IMG/VR virus record: IMGVR_UViG_3300042997_002652
Span: 202,968-266,967 of that record
From: a virus
Taxonomy: Duplodnaviria; Caudoviricetes
Reading direction: 5' to 3' (one strand)
DNA length: 64,000 nucleotides
Within the stretch, counting starts at the first letter, position 1. Each line of letters begins with the position of its first letter. The notes under the pieces were generated by a model. That model was not told the origin of the DNA. It saw only the letters and a program-made list of their open reading frames with translations, and made no database searches. Shown here in pieces: positions 11,901 through 20,597 of the stretch. Made by a program: the position numbers and the translations under genes.

Positions 11901-12366
11901 ATTGTTCTAACCAATTTGGATTTGCTGGGTCATTCCAAAGTATAGGTATATTATTTAAATTAACACCATTGATGTCTAAAAGATTTTGTGTAGTTTGGAT
12001 ACTAGTAACTTTCAAATAACCTTGAGCGGCTAAGTTTCTTTTAGGAGTATAGCTTACTAAGTTTGCTAACTTGATTACTGAGTCTCTGCGTTCAGCAGTG
12101 TCAATAAAGTTTTCACGAGAGTTTAAGTCGTTTCTAAAAGCAAGACCCTGACCCATATAAGCCATAACGTCAAGCAGAGCAATAAACTCTGAACTTTCAA
12201 TATAGTCGTTAAAAGTTTCAGGATAATATAATTGCAAATAGTCTATAAAACTCTTTCTAAGAGTTTCATAGTCATAGCTTCTAAAATCCGCTTCTCTGAA
12301 TGTCTGGTAAATCTGCTTCCAGTCATTGACTCCAAAAAGTCCGCTTTGTCTAGATGATGTTGCCAT
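8980..12366 (-). CDS. gp6: Baseplate wedge subunit, T4 gp6-like (baseplate J family)
   Basis: N-terminal DFRSYDYETLRKSFIDYL..FNDYIESSEFIALLD..AY..NSRENFIDTAERRDSVIKLANLVSYTPKR and central APTRYYTQNRMVNGEDY are gp6 signatures; follows gp25. Confidence 0.9.
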   Translation of the reverse strand: MATSSRQSGLFGVNDWKQIYQTFREADFRSYDYETLRKSFIDYLQLYYPETFNDYIESSEFIALLDVMAYMGQGLAFRNDLNSRENFIDTAERRDSVIKLANLVSYTPKRNLAAQGYLKVTSIQTTQNLLDINGVNLNNIPILWNDPANPNWLEQFNTIINATLVDTQRIGRPGNSTDIVNVTTNEYSIKIPDNSLPIAPFTSSVDGQNMSFELVSVTSLGEDYIYEIPPDPSSRFNILYRNDKLGYGSPETGFFFYFKQGTLQNFDFNLEQQISNQTVDIGSIQGVNNTDTWLYQLNNNNGDRTLWRKVDNVYADAYLQTEFSDKKIFSVNSRFNDQVTYIFGDGVFSEVPVGLFRAYVRSSNAQTYVIDPSEMQGITVAFTYVNRQGRNETLTLGLELPLAVSNAQVREPLSEIKQRAPTRYYTQNRMVNGEDYNNFPYTLYSSIIKSKAINRSSVGISKNFDLLDPTGKYSSTNSFGSDGALYQNDTDGFLELTIDNISDIIAFFNNTLASVLAENKANQYYIQNYPRYTITNTQVAPNNTWVYWQTSSVDASSESGYFYNISGSNNTPASLGTFTTTNAKYVTTGSILRFRAPSGFYYDANNRLVAGIPANSEQYFIWTTVLNVIGDGSNNGEGGFANGTGPVTLNGYVPSGSILVSVIPVFDNSLSATLINECVVRMELEQNFTLVFNNALTINQERWTIRPITDENYFVKFQSMGSGRYTVTLKSLTYYFGSVADTRFTFARDELVYDPFTGKIIQDFINVLQVNSQPNSSQSLGKDVKVNILGQTVQSDGYVDDFQVEIAATDVNNSQLILNPDFFQQITGYDNTGSNIGIYVFFRLIQDAINLSREVIVPSTDVVYQFATKTQVEVVKYDYPLGQLFYAYTENKFYKSVQDQTVTIPSYVLVEQLEYSVKPGRQGLSFQYRHNSNNTTRIDPATTNIIDLYVVTQSYYTAYQNWIQDSTNTIPMPDMPTINQLNQEYSQVQNFKMLSDSVVLNSVVFKPLFGPKAEPALRATIKVIKQSKTNASDSEIRSAVLTAMNEYFNINNWNFGDTFFFSELSAYLHAECGELISSAVLVPNDPSKRFGDLYEIKCMPYEIFANGAVANDVLVVAALTPAELQIGR

Positions 12367-12391
12367 AATAAGTCTCGGTTAATATATACTA

Positions 12392-12399
12392 TATTTATC
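12392..12399 (-). promoter_or_regulatory. T4-late-like promoter motif GATAAATA before gp6
   Basis: Matches the recurrent intergenic N(A/C)TAA(A/G)TA motif. Confidence 0.6.
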
Positions 12400-12429
12400 A
12401 TTTTGAAAAACCGAGAGTTTTATGATTTA

Positions 12430-12879
12430 TTAAATTCTAGAGGCTACACTAGTATCTTGATTAAAAAATACATTTAAAACTAATGCTTGATTGAATGGAG
12501 TTACTGCCATTTCTACTTCTATTAGTATACCGTTGTCACGAGGATAAATATTTACATAGTTAAGTTGAAGTCTTGGATCTAAACTAGCAACTCTTCTGAC
12601 TTCAGTTTCTAACTGCTGCTGCGTATCAAAATTATTAGGCTCAAATACAAAACTCCAAAGAGTAGTTCCATATCCTGGTTGTCCTACTTTTTGTCCTAAG
12701 GGTATATTAAGTGCATTTATAAAGTCTTGAATAACTAGTTGACTATCCACCATTCTAAACTTTTTACCAAATACGATAGGATCAGTTATACCGCCGGTGC
12801 CGGCATCACTACCGGGCCTAGCGTTAGTAGTTTTTGGTTTGTCTGCATTTATTGTACTGAATCCGATGTATGTTGGCAT
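12430..12879 (-). CDS. gp25: Baseplate wedge subunit gp25-like
   Basis: 149 aa; DFINALNIPLGQKVGQPGYGTTLWSFVFEP..EVRRVASLDPRLQL matches the GPW/gp25 pattern; lies between gp5 and gp6. Confidence 0.85.
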   Translation of the reverse strand: MPTYIGFSTINADKPKTTNARPGSDAGTGGITDPIVFGKKFRMVDSQLVIQDFINALNIPLGQKVGQPGYGTTLWSFVFEPNNFDTQQQLETEVRRVASLDPRLQLNYVNIYPRDNGILIEVEMAVTPFNQALVLNVFFNQDTSVASRI

Positions 12880-12894
12880 GATGTATTTATTCTT

Positions 12895-15800
12895 TTATTG
12901 TTGGTTACTTATTGCGTCTATTCTTGCTTGATAGTCTCTTTTCTTAGCAAATAGTGCATCAAGTTTTGCTTGTACTTCATCTTTTTTACGTTTAACTTCG
13001 GGATCGCCGGCTGGAGAATTTTGCTCTTCTGTTAATACAGCTATACCCTCTGTTTGTTTTACCCTTAATATTTGTATATTTACACCCTGTATCTTTTCTC
13101 TAAGATCAATTATTTCTCTGTCCACTCGTCTTATATCAGTTAAGCTTTGTACAGCCTGTCTAGAAACTTCTCCAGTAAAAGTTGGATTAGGTATTCCTGG
13201 ATCTCCTAACAATGAAACTGTTTTCTGATTGATAGATTCTCTGTTAGTAGTGTTTACTGCAACTGATAATGTTCTAGATTTTCCTTTGCCGCCAAACAAT
13301 GATTTTACAGCAGAAATAGCAGACATTGCACCAGCAATAGATCCTATCGGCAATCCTGAAAGAGATTTTGCTAGTCCACCTGATAATCCACTAGTTATAC
13401 CTCCTAGTCCACCTGTTAAGCTACTAGTTATACCTCCTAGTCCACCTGTTAAGCTACTAGTTATACCTCCTAATCCGCCTGTTAAGCTACCGGTTATACC
13501 GCCTAGTCCACCTGATAATCCGCTAGTTAAACTGCTCAAGTCACCTGGTAATTTTGGAAGAGGTAAATTATTCATTGCAGAGCTAAAAGATCCAGTGACT
13601 AATGACGATATTTGACCAGATCCGGGAATGCTAGTTAAATTTGGTAATGCTTTATCAGTAAAAGATGCAATTGATTTCAATCCACCGGGCATATTGATTA
13701 TCCCGCTAGCTATATTAGTAGATTCCAAGAGTGAAGTGCCAGTGAATCCCTGTAATGCTTGAGCACCTAACGAACTAACGGGATTTAATTTACTAATAAC
13801 ATCTGCGCTAGCTTGCCCTACTACATTAGAAAGTGAATCAGAAACTATTTGCTGACTACTAACCGAAGTACCTAAATTAGTAGCTACTCCAGCTCTGAAA
13901 GAAGGGAATGACAAGTTTATTGCAGAAAATGTAGAGCCCACAATACCGGTATTACTTGCTATCGGGCCACTAATACTTGGTGATATAGACATCGCATTTA
14001 CTGCTTGTGAAATTCCGCCGAAGCCTTCTATTGTGTTTGTTGCTTCTGTCACAGATGCGGTAGCTAAACCTATGTCTCTTAGTACAGAAGAATCAGTAGT
14101 ATTTTTATTAACTACAGTTCTTACTGTAGTTACTGTGTTACTTAAACCAGAGTTAACACCTGAAAAAACCACTCCTGCTATTTGACCTGATGTTTCTCTT
14201 CCTGTAATTACACCCGTATTAGTTAACGCTGTTTGTGATTGTCGCAGTGTTGTAACAACCGTGTTAGTTTGAGATTGTATTTGTCTAGTATAGGTACTTA
14301 AATTCTCTGCACCAGAGTTACCAGTAAACAATGTACTTGGCATAGCCTGCGTAATATTAGCCCCTGAACTTACTAATGAATTAATTAGCCTATCTGATCC
14401 CGGTTTCAAGACACCAGCACTTGCTAGTTGCGCCGGGCTTTGTGCAAATGCTCCTATCGCAGCGATTCTTGACGAACCCACATTTACTACGGATGCTCCT
14501 CGTTGTATAGCCGAAGATAGAGGTCCTGAAGCTGCTTGCTGAGCAGTAGCACCTATTAGTGCAGTAGTAGCTGAACTGTTTAAAGATTTGCTAATGGCTC
14601 CGGCAGTAGGCGAGGACAATGCAGTTGCTAGTCTTGCCGGCACAGCACCTGTTCTAAGTCCTGCTTGTACTACATTAGATAAAGCTGAACTAGGACCCTG
14701 AGGTAGTTGTGAAGAAGAACTTAGATCAACCTTTATGTCTACTCCTTGACCTGCATGAGCCCATGGCGCGTGAGCAGGTGCCCTAGATGTTACACTCATC
14801 AACTTACCAGGCGCTGCGGTAAATCCCTTTTGATTATCAAAAAGAGTATCAGTGTGCGCTATTAAAGGAGTAGGTGCTGCATCTAAAGGAATAATAGGAG
14901 ATTTACCTGTGTTTAAATTTATTAGTCCTCCGTTTATAAAAGTTAATGCAGTACTTGAGAATGAAGCTATACCGGTAGCTTGAAGACTCATTGCTCCTAA
15001 AACTTTAGTTGTAACCATTCCTAAAGCAGAAGTTATTAAGTTCATACCTATAGATTGTGTTAATGATTTATCAGTGGCTATATTCATGTTTTCTGCATGA
15101 ATATTTAAATTTTTAGCCGCGTGTATATTCAAGTCATTGTCAGCGTGTAAATTTAGATCACCGTGAGTTCTTAAGTTAATGGAATTTGTAGAGTAAATGT
15201 CTACTGTACCTTCTTTACCTAATTCTATATACGATTGTCCGTTGGAGTGTAGAACCATTAATGTTTGTCCGTCATCACTCATAAGTATTTGATGACCTTT
15301 TGCTGTTCTTATTCGGACTAACTGATCTCTACCTATAACATCACCGTCATCCATTACAATAGAATGTCCGCCGCGTCTAGATATCACTCGTAATTTTTGA
15401 TCAATGTTTGTTGGGTTATTTTTTATATTTTCAGCAATTGTTTCATCATCAAAACCTCCTTCATATATAGGTCTACCGGGTGTGCTTACTCCCCATCCCA
15501 CTCTACTAGAAGTTTCTCGTTGTGCGCTTGATGATATCGGACCTCTCACTGGATCTCTTATTATACCTTGCTGTTCCATGATAGCCGCTGTATAACTATG
15601 TACTGGTTTGGTTGCAGTTATAAAACCCGGCTTGTTAGATTCAGCTTGGTTATTTGTATTCATATTTGTAGTAGGTAGTCTGGGCGCCCCTCCGTAAGTA
15701 GAACCCTCGCTATCATTATTGAATGATACATTTTCTTGTTGATCGGTAAAAGTTGCACCAATAGCAGGAACCATATGTAAAGTTTCTGGGTCCGGTACGC

Positions 15801-16173
15801 ACCCTATGTAAAAACCATAGTTTACATCCCCGTTAACAAAAACACAAATTACAGTAGTTCCTATATCGGGAGGGGCGTGCCACTCACCATATGACGATGG
15901 ATTGTGTTTAAAATCTCCAGAACCCTCACTACTTGAAGTTGGTCTAACACTTCCAAAAAAGTTAGTCATATATCTCACAGTTACCCAACCAGAAGAATTC
16001 TCTGGATCTAAACTGTTTAAACCGGATATGTAAACTTTAAGCCTACCTGCCCTGACAGGGTCAATATTATCTTTTACTATACCAAACACAGGAGAAGACC
16101 TGATAAATGCTCCACCTGAGTCAGGTTTATATGCGTTCAATGTTCCTCTAGGTTTGAATACGTTTTCAGCCAT
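12895..16173 (-). CDS. gp5: Baseplate central spike, gp5/VgrG-like (OB-fold plus beta-helix, no lysozyme domain, long S/G/A/T-rich C-terminal extension)
   Basis: FGIVKDNIDPVRAGRLKVYI..W..V..PPDIGTTVICVFVNGD OB-fold; RRGGHSIVMDD..RIRTAKGHQILMSD beta-helix start; position before gp25. Confidence 0.8.
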   Translation of the reverse strand: MAENVFKPRGTLNAYKPDSGGAFIRSSPVFGIVKDNIDPVRAGRLKVYISGLNSLDPENSSGWVTVRYMTNFFGSVRPTSSSEGSGDFKHNPSSYGEWHAPPDIGTTVICVFVNGDVNYGFYIGCVPDPETLHMVPAIGATFTDQQENVSFNNDSEGSTYGGAPRLPTTNMNTNNQAESNKPGFITATKPVHSYTAAIMEQQGIIRDPVRGPISSSAQRETSSRVGWGVSTPGRPIYEGGFDDETIAENIKNNPTNIDQKLRVISRRGGHSIVMDDGDVIGRDQLVRIRTAKGHQILMSDDGQTLMVLHSNGQSYIELGKEGTVDIYSTNSINLRTHGDLNLHADNDLNIHAAKNLNIHAENMNIATDKSLTQSIGMNLITSALGMVTTKVLGAMSLQATGIASFSSTALTFINGGLINLNTGKSPIIPLDAAPTPLIAHTDTLFDNQKGFTAAPGKLMSVTSRAPAHAPWAHAGQGVDIKVDLSSSSQLPQGPSSALSNVVQAGLRTGAVPARLATALSSPTAGAISKSLNSSATTALIGATAQQAASGPLSSAIQRGASVVNVGSSRIAAIGAFAQSPAQLASAGVLKPGSDRLINSLVSSGANITQAMPSTLFTGNSGAENLSTYTRQIQSQTNTVVTTLRQSQTALTNTGVITGRETSGQIAGVVFSGVNSGLSNTVTTVRTVVNKNTTDSSVLRDIGLATASVTEATNTIEGFGGISQAVNAMSISPSISGPIASNTGIVGSTFSAINLSFPSFRAGVATNLGTSVSSQQIVSDSLSNVVGQASADVISKLNPVSSLGAQALQGFTGTSLLESTNIASGIINMPGGLKSIASFTDKALPNLTSIPGSGQISSLVTGSFSSAMNNLPLPKLPGDLSSLTSGLSGGLGGITGSLTGGLGGITSSLTGGLGGITSSLTGGLGGITSGLSGGLAKSLSGLPIGSIAGAMSAISAVKSLFGGKGKSRTLSVAVNTTNRESINQKTVSLLGDPGIPNPTFTGEVSRQAVQSLTDIRRVDREIIDLREKIQGVNIQILRVKQTEGIAVLTEEQNSPAGDPEVKRKKDEVQAKLDALFAKKRDYQARIDAISNQQ
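13371..13529 (-). repeat. About five tandem 33-bp coding repeats (L[T/S]GGLGGIT[S/G][S/G]) in gp5
   Basis: Unit ctagtccacctgttaagctactagttatacctc and variants at 13371, 13404, 13437, 13470 and 13503; no spacers. Confidence 0.9.
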
Positions 16174-16184
16174 TTTTTTAACCT

Positions 16185-18305
16185 TTAATCATCTGTTGTT
16201 GATGTTGTACCGAGTCTAAACGGTATTTGTATAGTAGATTCAGCAGGAACTGGATTAATTTGTGGTACTATATTAGTTACTAAGTTCTTAATAAATCCAG
16301 TATTGGACGTAGTTACATTACTGTTTGTTGTAGTGGGACCTGTTCCGGTAGTTTTAGGACCTATAGTAGAGTCAGTAAACTGGTAAGTCATTTTACATGT
16401 TAACACTTGTTTGAATACTCCTCCTGAAAAAGTACTGTCTACGTTTACTACTTGATAACTTATTCCTTTAATATTAGCTGTTTCCGGATAGTTCCAAAAT
16501 CTAATTTGATCATTAATAGAAAGAGTGCCTGTATTGTAATTATAATCTTTTGCTTCTCTAAAATCTAATTCTATAAAAACTTGTCCGCCGTTAGCACTAA
16601 TAGTAAAGTTGTTTGCTCCATAAAATTGATTGTAAACTTGATTAGGGCTATCTATTGTGTCTTCCATTAAAAAGTCCGGGTCGCCTAATATTGTTATCTT
16701 TGCCTCAGCAAAACTTTTAGGATCAGATAAATCAGTTAATACACTGTTTTCAGCAGCAAGGTTCGTATCTGTAGGGGCCCCGGTGTTATCTCCATTAACC
16801 GATTGAGTACCAAGAATACGAGGAGTTTCTGGTGCTATACCTGGACCTGAATTTTCATTTATATCCGGAAGATTATTTGGATTAAATATTATCATAAAAT
16901 AATTGTTATCCAATCGCTGTTCGTATTCAAGCACTTCAGAATTTTGACCAGTATACCAGTATTCGTATCGTTTACTAGGTCCATAATATCCTATGCCAGG
17001 ATTAGCTAACGGATTAATAATAACAGGGGTATCATACTTTTGTAGTACGTATGTTATGATATAAGCATAGTCTTTTATTTTAGGATCCCATATACCACCA
17101 GAAACACGGGCGCTTAATGTATACCAAGAAAAGCTTTTACTAGAATTTGATATAATCCTTCTGTCGCGTTTAGTTGGATCAGGTTCAAGATCGGTAGTTT
17201 GTATTTGTCTTAACGCATCTGTCAGATAACTGCTTTGTTTTATTATTTGACTTATTCCTTGCATTATAGAAATTTTTTCAAAAGTAAACTCTTTTTTAGT
17301 AGGATCATATGCTGCTCCCTGGCGTTCATTTACCTGATTGACAGTCAGAGCACCACTACCTGATGTTCTAAGTTTCTCTATATCACTATCATTAACTATA
17401 GATGCTTTTGCTATAGGATTATCTGTTGAATTTGGTGAATCCGGAAATCCATGGTATTCTAGCCTATAAAGAGTTGGCTTTATGTCATTATTATATTCTA
17501 ATCTAAGTTGCTCATTATTAAGACCGTCTATTAGTTGTTGTAACGATTCCCCTACTGTACTTGCAGAAATAGAAACAGCATTATTTATAAATCCTTTTTT
17601 TGTGCCGAATCCGGTGTTTTGATCTATAGGGCTTGCTATAATATCATAAACAGTTGCTTTTCCGTCAATTTTAAATTTTATGTTTGTAATAGTTAAAAAG
17701 TAATACCTATTAAAAAGTCTGTTACTATCATTATTAAAATCTAGCGATACATCATCATATTGTTGATTACCCGACATTAAGTTTCCATTCTTATCATACC
17801 CTAAAAACCCAACACTTAACACAAAAGGCATTCGTGTGGGATTATTAGGAAATGAAGTAGCAACAGCAAAACTATCTCTAGCTTTTTTTAAATTGCTTAT
17901 AAAAGAAAATCCATATGGTTCTATAATCTTAAATGAAATATTAGTTACATTAGTAAATGTATGATTTGTTGCACCGGTTTTATTTTTTATTACTAAGTCA
18001 TCTATATAATAATCTAGTTCAAATCCCGGTGCTGTATTAGAAGTAGTATTGTTTATGCCGCCGTTTTGTGCTACTAAGTAAGCGGTATTAGTGTCATTCA
18101 AAATAGTACCGTCTTTTGCATTAGTTGACCTAAACAAATCCATTCCGGTTGGTGTTACTAAGTATAAGCCAATTTGATAATTATAACTAGAATAATAACC
18201 TAAAGGATTTTTAGTTCTTCTACCTGGTTTATTTTCAATATTAGGAGGTGTAACATTATAAAATCTAAATTCATCAGATGAATCATCATTTACTGTATTT
18301 GTCAT
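16185..18305 (-). CDS. Baseplate hub protein (gp27/gpD-like by position)
   Basis: 706 aa directly upstream of gp5; C-terminal AKITILGDPDFL and YQVVNVDSTFSGGVFKQVL are typical of contractile-tail hub proteins. Confidence 0.6.
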   Translation of the reverse strand: MTNTVNDDSSDEFRFYNVTPPNIENKPGRRTKNPLGYYSSYNYQIGLYLVTPTGMDLFRSTNAKDGTILNDTNTAYLVAQNGGINNTTSNTAPGFELDYYIDDLVIKNKTGATNHTFTNVTNISFKIIEPYGFSFISNLKKARDSFAVATSFPNNPTRMPFVLSVGFLGYDKNGNLMSGNQQYDDVSLDFNNDSNRLFNRYYFLTITNIKFKIDGKATVYDIIASPIDQNTGFGTKKGFINNAVSISASTVGESLQQLIDGLNNEQLRLEYNNDIKPTLYRLEYHGFPDSPNSTDNPIAKASIVNDSDIEKLRTSGSGALTVNQVNERQGAAYDPTKKEFTFEKISIMQGISQIIKQSSYLTDALRQIQTTDLEPDPTKRDRRIISNSSKSFSWYTLSARVSGGIWDPKIKDYAYIITYVLQKYDTPVIINPLANPGIGYYGPSKRYEYWYTGQNSEVLEYEQRLDNNYFMIIFNPNNLPDINENSGPGIAPETPRILGTQSVNGDNTGAPTDTNLAAENSVLTDLSDPKSFAEAKITILGDPDFLMEDTIDSPNQVYNQFYGANNFTISANGGQVFIELDFREAKDYNYNTGTLSINDQIRFWNYPETANIKGISYQVVNVDSTFSGGVFKQVLTCKMTYQFTDSTIGPKTTGTGPTTTNSNVTTSNTGFIKNLVTNIVPQINPVPAESTIQIPFRLGTTSTTDD

Positions 18306-18306
18306 C

Positions 18307-18618
18307 TTAAATGCCTAACACCTGTTTTAATGTGCTCATTTTAGGTATATAAATTGATATACCTGCAACAAAGTCAAAATATGGATCGTAACCTAGTTTG
18401 TTGGGATTGCGTTCAGCAAATACCCACCATAATCTAGAATCACTATATAAGTCATAGGCTAGCATATCAGGCCTAAATTCATAAACTTGAGGTATAATAT
18501 ATAATACATCAGAAGCTAACTTAGGTATAGGTCTGTACCTCAATGTATCTAGATACTTATCATCATTAATATCTGTCAGATAATAAGGACTTGTTGCAGG
18601 ATATATACTATTTGACAT
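18307..18618 (-). CDS. Baseplate wedge gp53-like / LysM-like protein
   Basis: YIIPQVYEFRPDMLAYDLYSDSRLWWVFAERNP..DP..DF..GISIYIP matches the gp53/tail-X pattern. MSNS start at 18618 preferred over 18624 (TAATG overlap with the upstream stop). Confidence 0.75.
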   Translation of the reverse strand: MSNSIYPATSPYYLTDINDDKYLDTLRYRPIPKLASDVLYIIPQVYEFRPDMLAYDLYSDSRLWWVFAERNPNKLGYDPYFDFVAGISIYIPKMSTLKQVLGI

Positions 18619-19511
18619 TACCATATACCTTTTGTAGTTAAACTACCGTTAGCATATTGTTCTAAACTAAATTTGTCTCTGATGTCATTTCTAGAAACAA
18701 CTGGATATGCTGTTAACTGTATTTGTATCTGTGTAGGAACATATGTTGCGTCAGTAAATTTACCCGGTCTCGGCGGAGAGAATACTGTAGGTGGTGCTTC
18801 TCCGCCGGGCAATAAAGTTAACCCTAGTCTGGCTATTCGCTGTATTATTGTGGGCTCTTTTGCTTGTGTTCCTTCTTGAGCACCGGTTGGTGGCTCGTTA
18901 TTTGGAACCGGGGACGGAGACTCAAGTTGCGCCCTTATATAATCTACTTTATCAGGTAGACTATAGTTAAAACTAGTAATTACTATAGGATGATTATTGA
19001 ACTGATAAGTGCCTAACCCTGATAGAAAACACAACGGGGGAGGAGTACCGTTCACTGGCATTTGATCTCGACCATAAAACATTTTAGTAACTGATTTAAA
19101 AAAGTGTATAACTGCTAACATATAGTTGGCTTCTTCAGTATCTTGCGCTGTAAAGGTAGCAGTTATTGAAATTTGATCTACACTACTGTTTCTGTACTGA
19201 TAAATTTTATAATTAGAATGAACAGGTTCTGTAGGTTCATAGTTTGCAGCATAACTTACCTGAATTTGTGGTGTGTAAGGGAATATCACACCTTTAGTGC
19301 CGTTAAGGGGTTTAAGTATACCTGGCTTTGATGCTTTATATAAATATGTTGCATCCGGCGCTAGGCTTAGTCGCACTCTCCAGTCATTCTGCGCCTGTTC
19401 AAATTGATTGTTAGTTGCAGATTCTTGTGTGCGAGTTATATCCCCAGGCAAGCCGGCAAGCTTGCCAAGACCTTTTCTTATTAGACTTTGTGTAAACGGA
19501 CTTATTGCCAT
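18618..19511 (-). CDS. Baseplate tail-tube cap/initiator (gp48/gp54-like)
   Basis: DWRVRL..GVIFPYTPQI..Y..ISITATFTAQ..PPPLCFLSGLGTYQFNNHPIVITSFNYSLP is a tube-initiator-like pattern; first gene of the baseplate operon. Confidence 0.65.
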   Translation of the reverse strand: MAISPFTQSLIRKGLGKLAGLPGDITRTQESATNNQFEQAQNDWRVRLSLAPDATYLYKASKPGILKPLNGTKGVIFPYTPQIQVSYAANYEPTEPVHSNYKIYQYRNSSVDQISITATFTAQDTEEANYMLAVIHFFKSVTKMFYGRDQMPVNGTPPPLCFLSGLGTYQFNNHPIVITSFNYSLPDKVDYIRAQLESPSPVPNNEPPTGAQEGTQAKEPTIIQRIARLGLTLLPGGEAPPTVFSPPRPGKFTDATYVPTQIQIQLTAYPVVSRNDIRDKFSLEQYANGSLTTKGIW

Positions 19512-19544
19512 TGATTAATTCCTATGATAAATAGTATCTCATTG

Positions 19545-19552
19545 TATTTATC
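19545..19552 (-). promoter_or_regulatory. T4-late-like promoter motif GATAAATA heading the baseplate operon
   Basis: 34 nt upstream of the ATG at 19511; an inverted copy lies at 19526-19533 on the + strand. Confidence 0.6.
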
Positions 19553-19584
19553 ATTCAAAAAATCGCCAAATTTTCCCTTTGTAC

Positions 19585-19613
19585 TTGATATAAGTGCATG
19601 ATTTGTATATAGT
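19585..19613 (+). promoter_or_regulatory. Sigma70-type (early) promoter for gp55
   Basis: TTGATA (19585-19590), 17-nt spacer, TATAGT (19608-19613), 28 nt before the ATG. Confidence 0.7.
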
Positions 19614-19641
19614 TTAACTTCTACAATTACTAAGAGGTATT

Positions 19642-20547
19642 ATGATTACAACTATAACAGCTACACCAAAGAAAGTTAATTATTTAAATAACAAAGATAT
19701 TTTAAAACAAATACACGAAAGCAAAACATCATATTGCGCATTTACAAACAAAGACTATCATAGATATGATTTGATTATTGACAAACCCACAGAAAGCATA
19801 GAACAAAGTTTAGATCATGCTTATTTACCTGAACAAATTCAACAAGCAAAAGAAGTTAGAGCAGCAAGACTATCACATGAGCTAGGTGAAAAGATTCTTC
19901 CTGAAAGTATACAACAAACTGATCTCGTATTTAGAGTTATGACTTGGGATCATATTCCTGTTGCAGTTAAACAACCTAGAAAAACAGTAGTAAAAAAATC
20001 AGCCAAAGACTTAATTTTGTTTGACGATCATGAAGGTTTAGACGCTTTTGCTGACTTAGAAGATCCGGTAACAAAAGTTGAAGTAGACGATATGGTACAT
20101 GTAAAGGTAAACTTTCCCCCATTTCAGCATTTTAAATTAGATGAAAACAACAGCTTTATATGCGTGGGCAAGTCGCATTGGAAAGGTGACTTACAAACCG
20201 GAGAGTTTTCCAAAGAGCACGGAAAGATTACTGACAAGTTAGCTAGAATGTATATTATGCTTTGCGAAAAGTATGCTATGAAGTTTAACTGGCGCGGATA
20301 TACTTATAATGATGAAATGCGTGGTGCAGCCATTTTACAACTAACTTATGTTGGCTTAAGATTCAATGAAGCGAAATCAGCTAATCCATTTGCTTATTAC
20401 ACTGCTGCTATTACCAATTCTTTTTGTAGAGTTTTAAATACCGAAAAACGAGTACAACACATTAGAGATGATATATTAGAAGCTAATGGGTTAGCCCCAA
20501 GTTGGACTAGACAGGGTGAAAACTCTGATAAAGATTATCAAGGGTAA
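19642..20547 (+). CDS. gp55: Late-transcription sigma factor, T4 gp55-like
   Basis: N-terminal KVNYLNNKDILKQI and C-terminal LARMYIMLCEKYA..NWRGYTYNDEM..RFNEAKSANPFAYYT..NSFCRVLNTEKR; next to gp47/gp46 as in T4-like phages. Confidence 0.85.
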   Translation: MITTITATPKKVNYLNNKDILKQIHESKTSYCAFTNKDYHRYDLIIDKPTESIEQSLDHAYLPEQIQQAKEVRAARLSHELGEKILPESIQQTDLVFRVMTWDHIPVAVKQPRKTVVKKSAKDLILFDDHEGLDAFADLEDPVTKVEVDDMVHVKVNFPPFQHFKLDENNSFICVGKSHWKGDLQTGEFSKEHGKITDKLARMYIMLCEKYAMKFNWRGYTYNDEMRGAAILQLTYVGLRFNEAKSANPFAYYTAAITNSFCRVLNTEKRVQHIRDDILEANGLAPSWTRQGENSDKDYQG

Positions 20548-20561
20548 TATTACCTTTCTAG

Positions 20562-20590
20562 TTGATCTCTTTCTATTAACATACTATACT
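20562..20590 (+). promoter_or_regulatory. Sigma70-type promoter for gp47-gp46
   Basis: TTGATC (20562-20567), 17-nt spacer, TATACT (20585-20590). Confidence 0.55.
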
Positions 20591-20597
20591 ACGGTTT

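Noticed and set aside
13371-13529. 33-bp repeats as a CRISPR array
   Set aside because: Units are contiguous without spacers, a multiple of three, and encode a peptide repeat in gp5; no cas genes. The same applies to the 51-bp repeats at 28272-28420.
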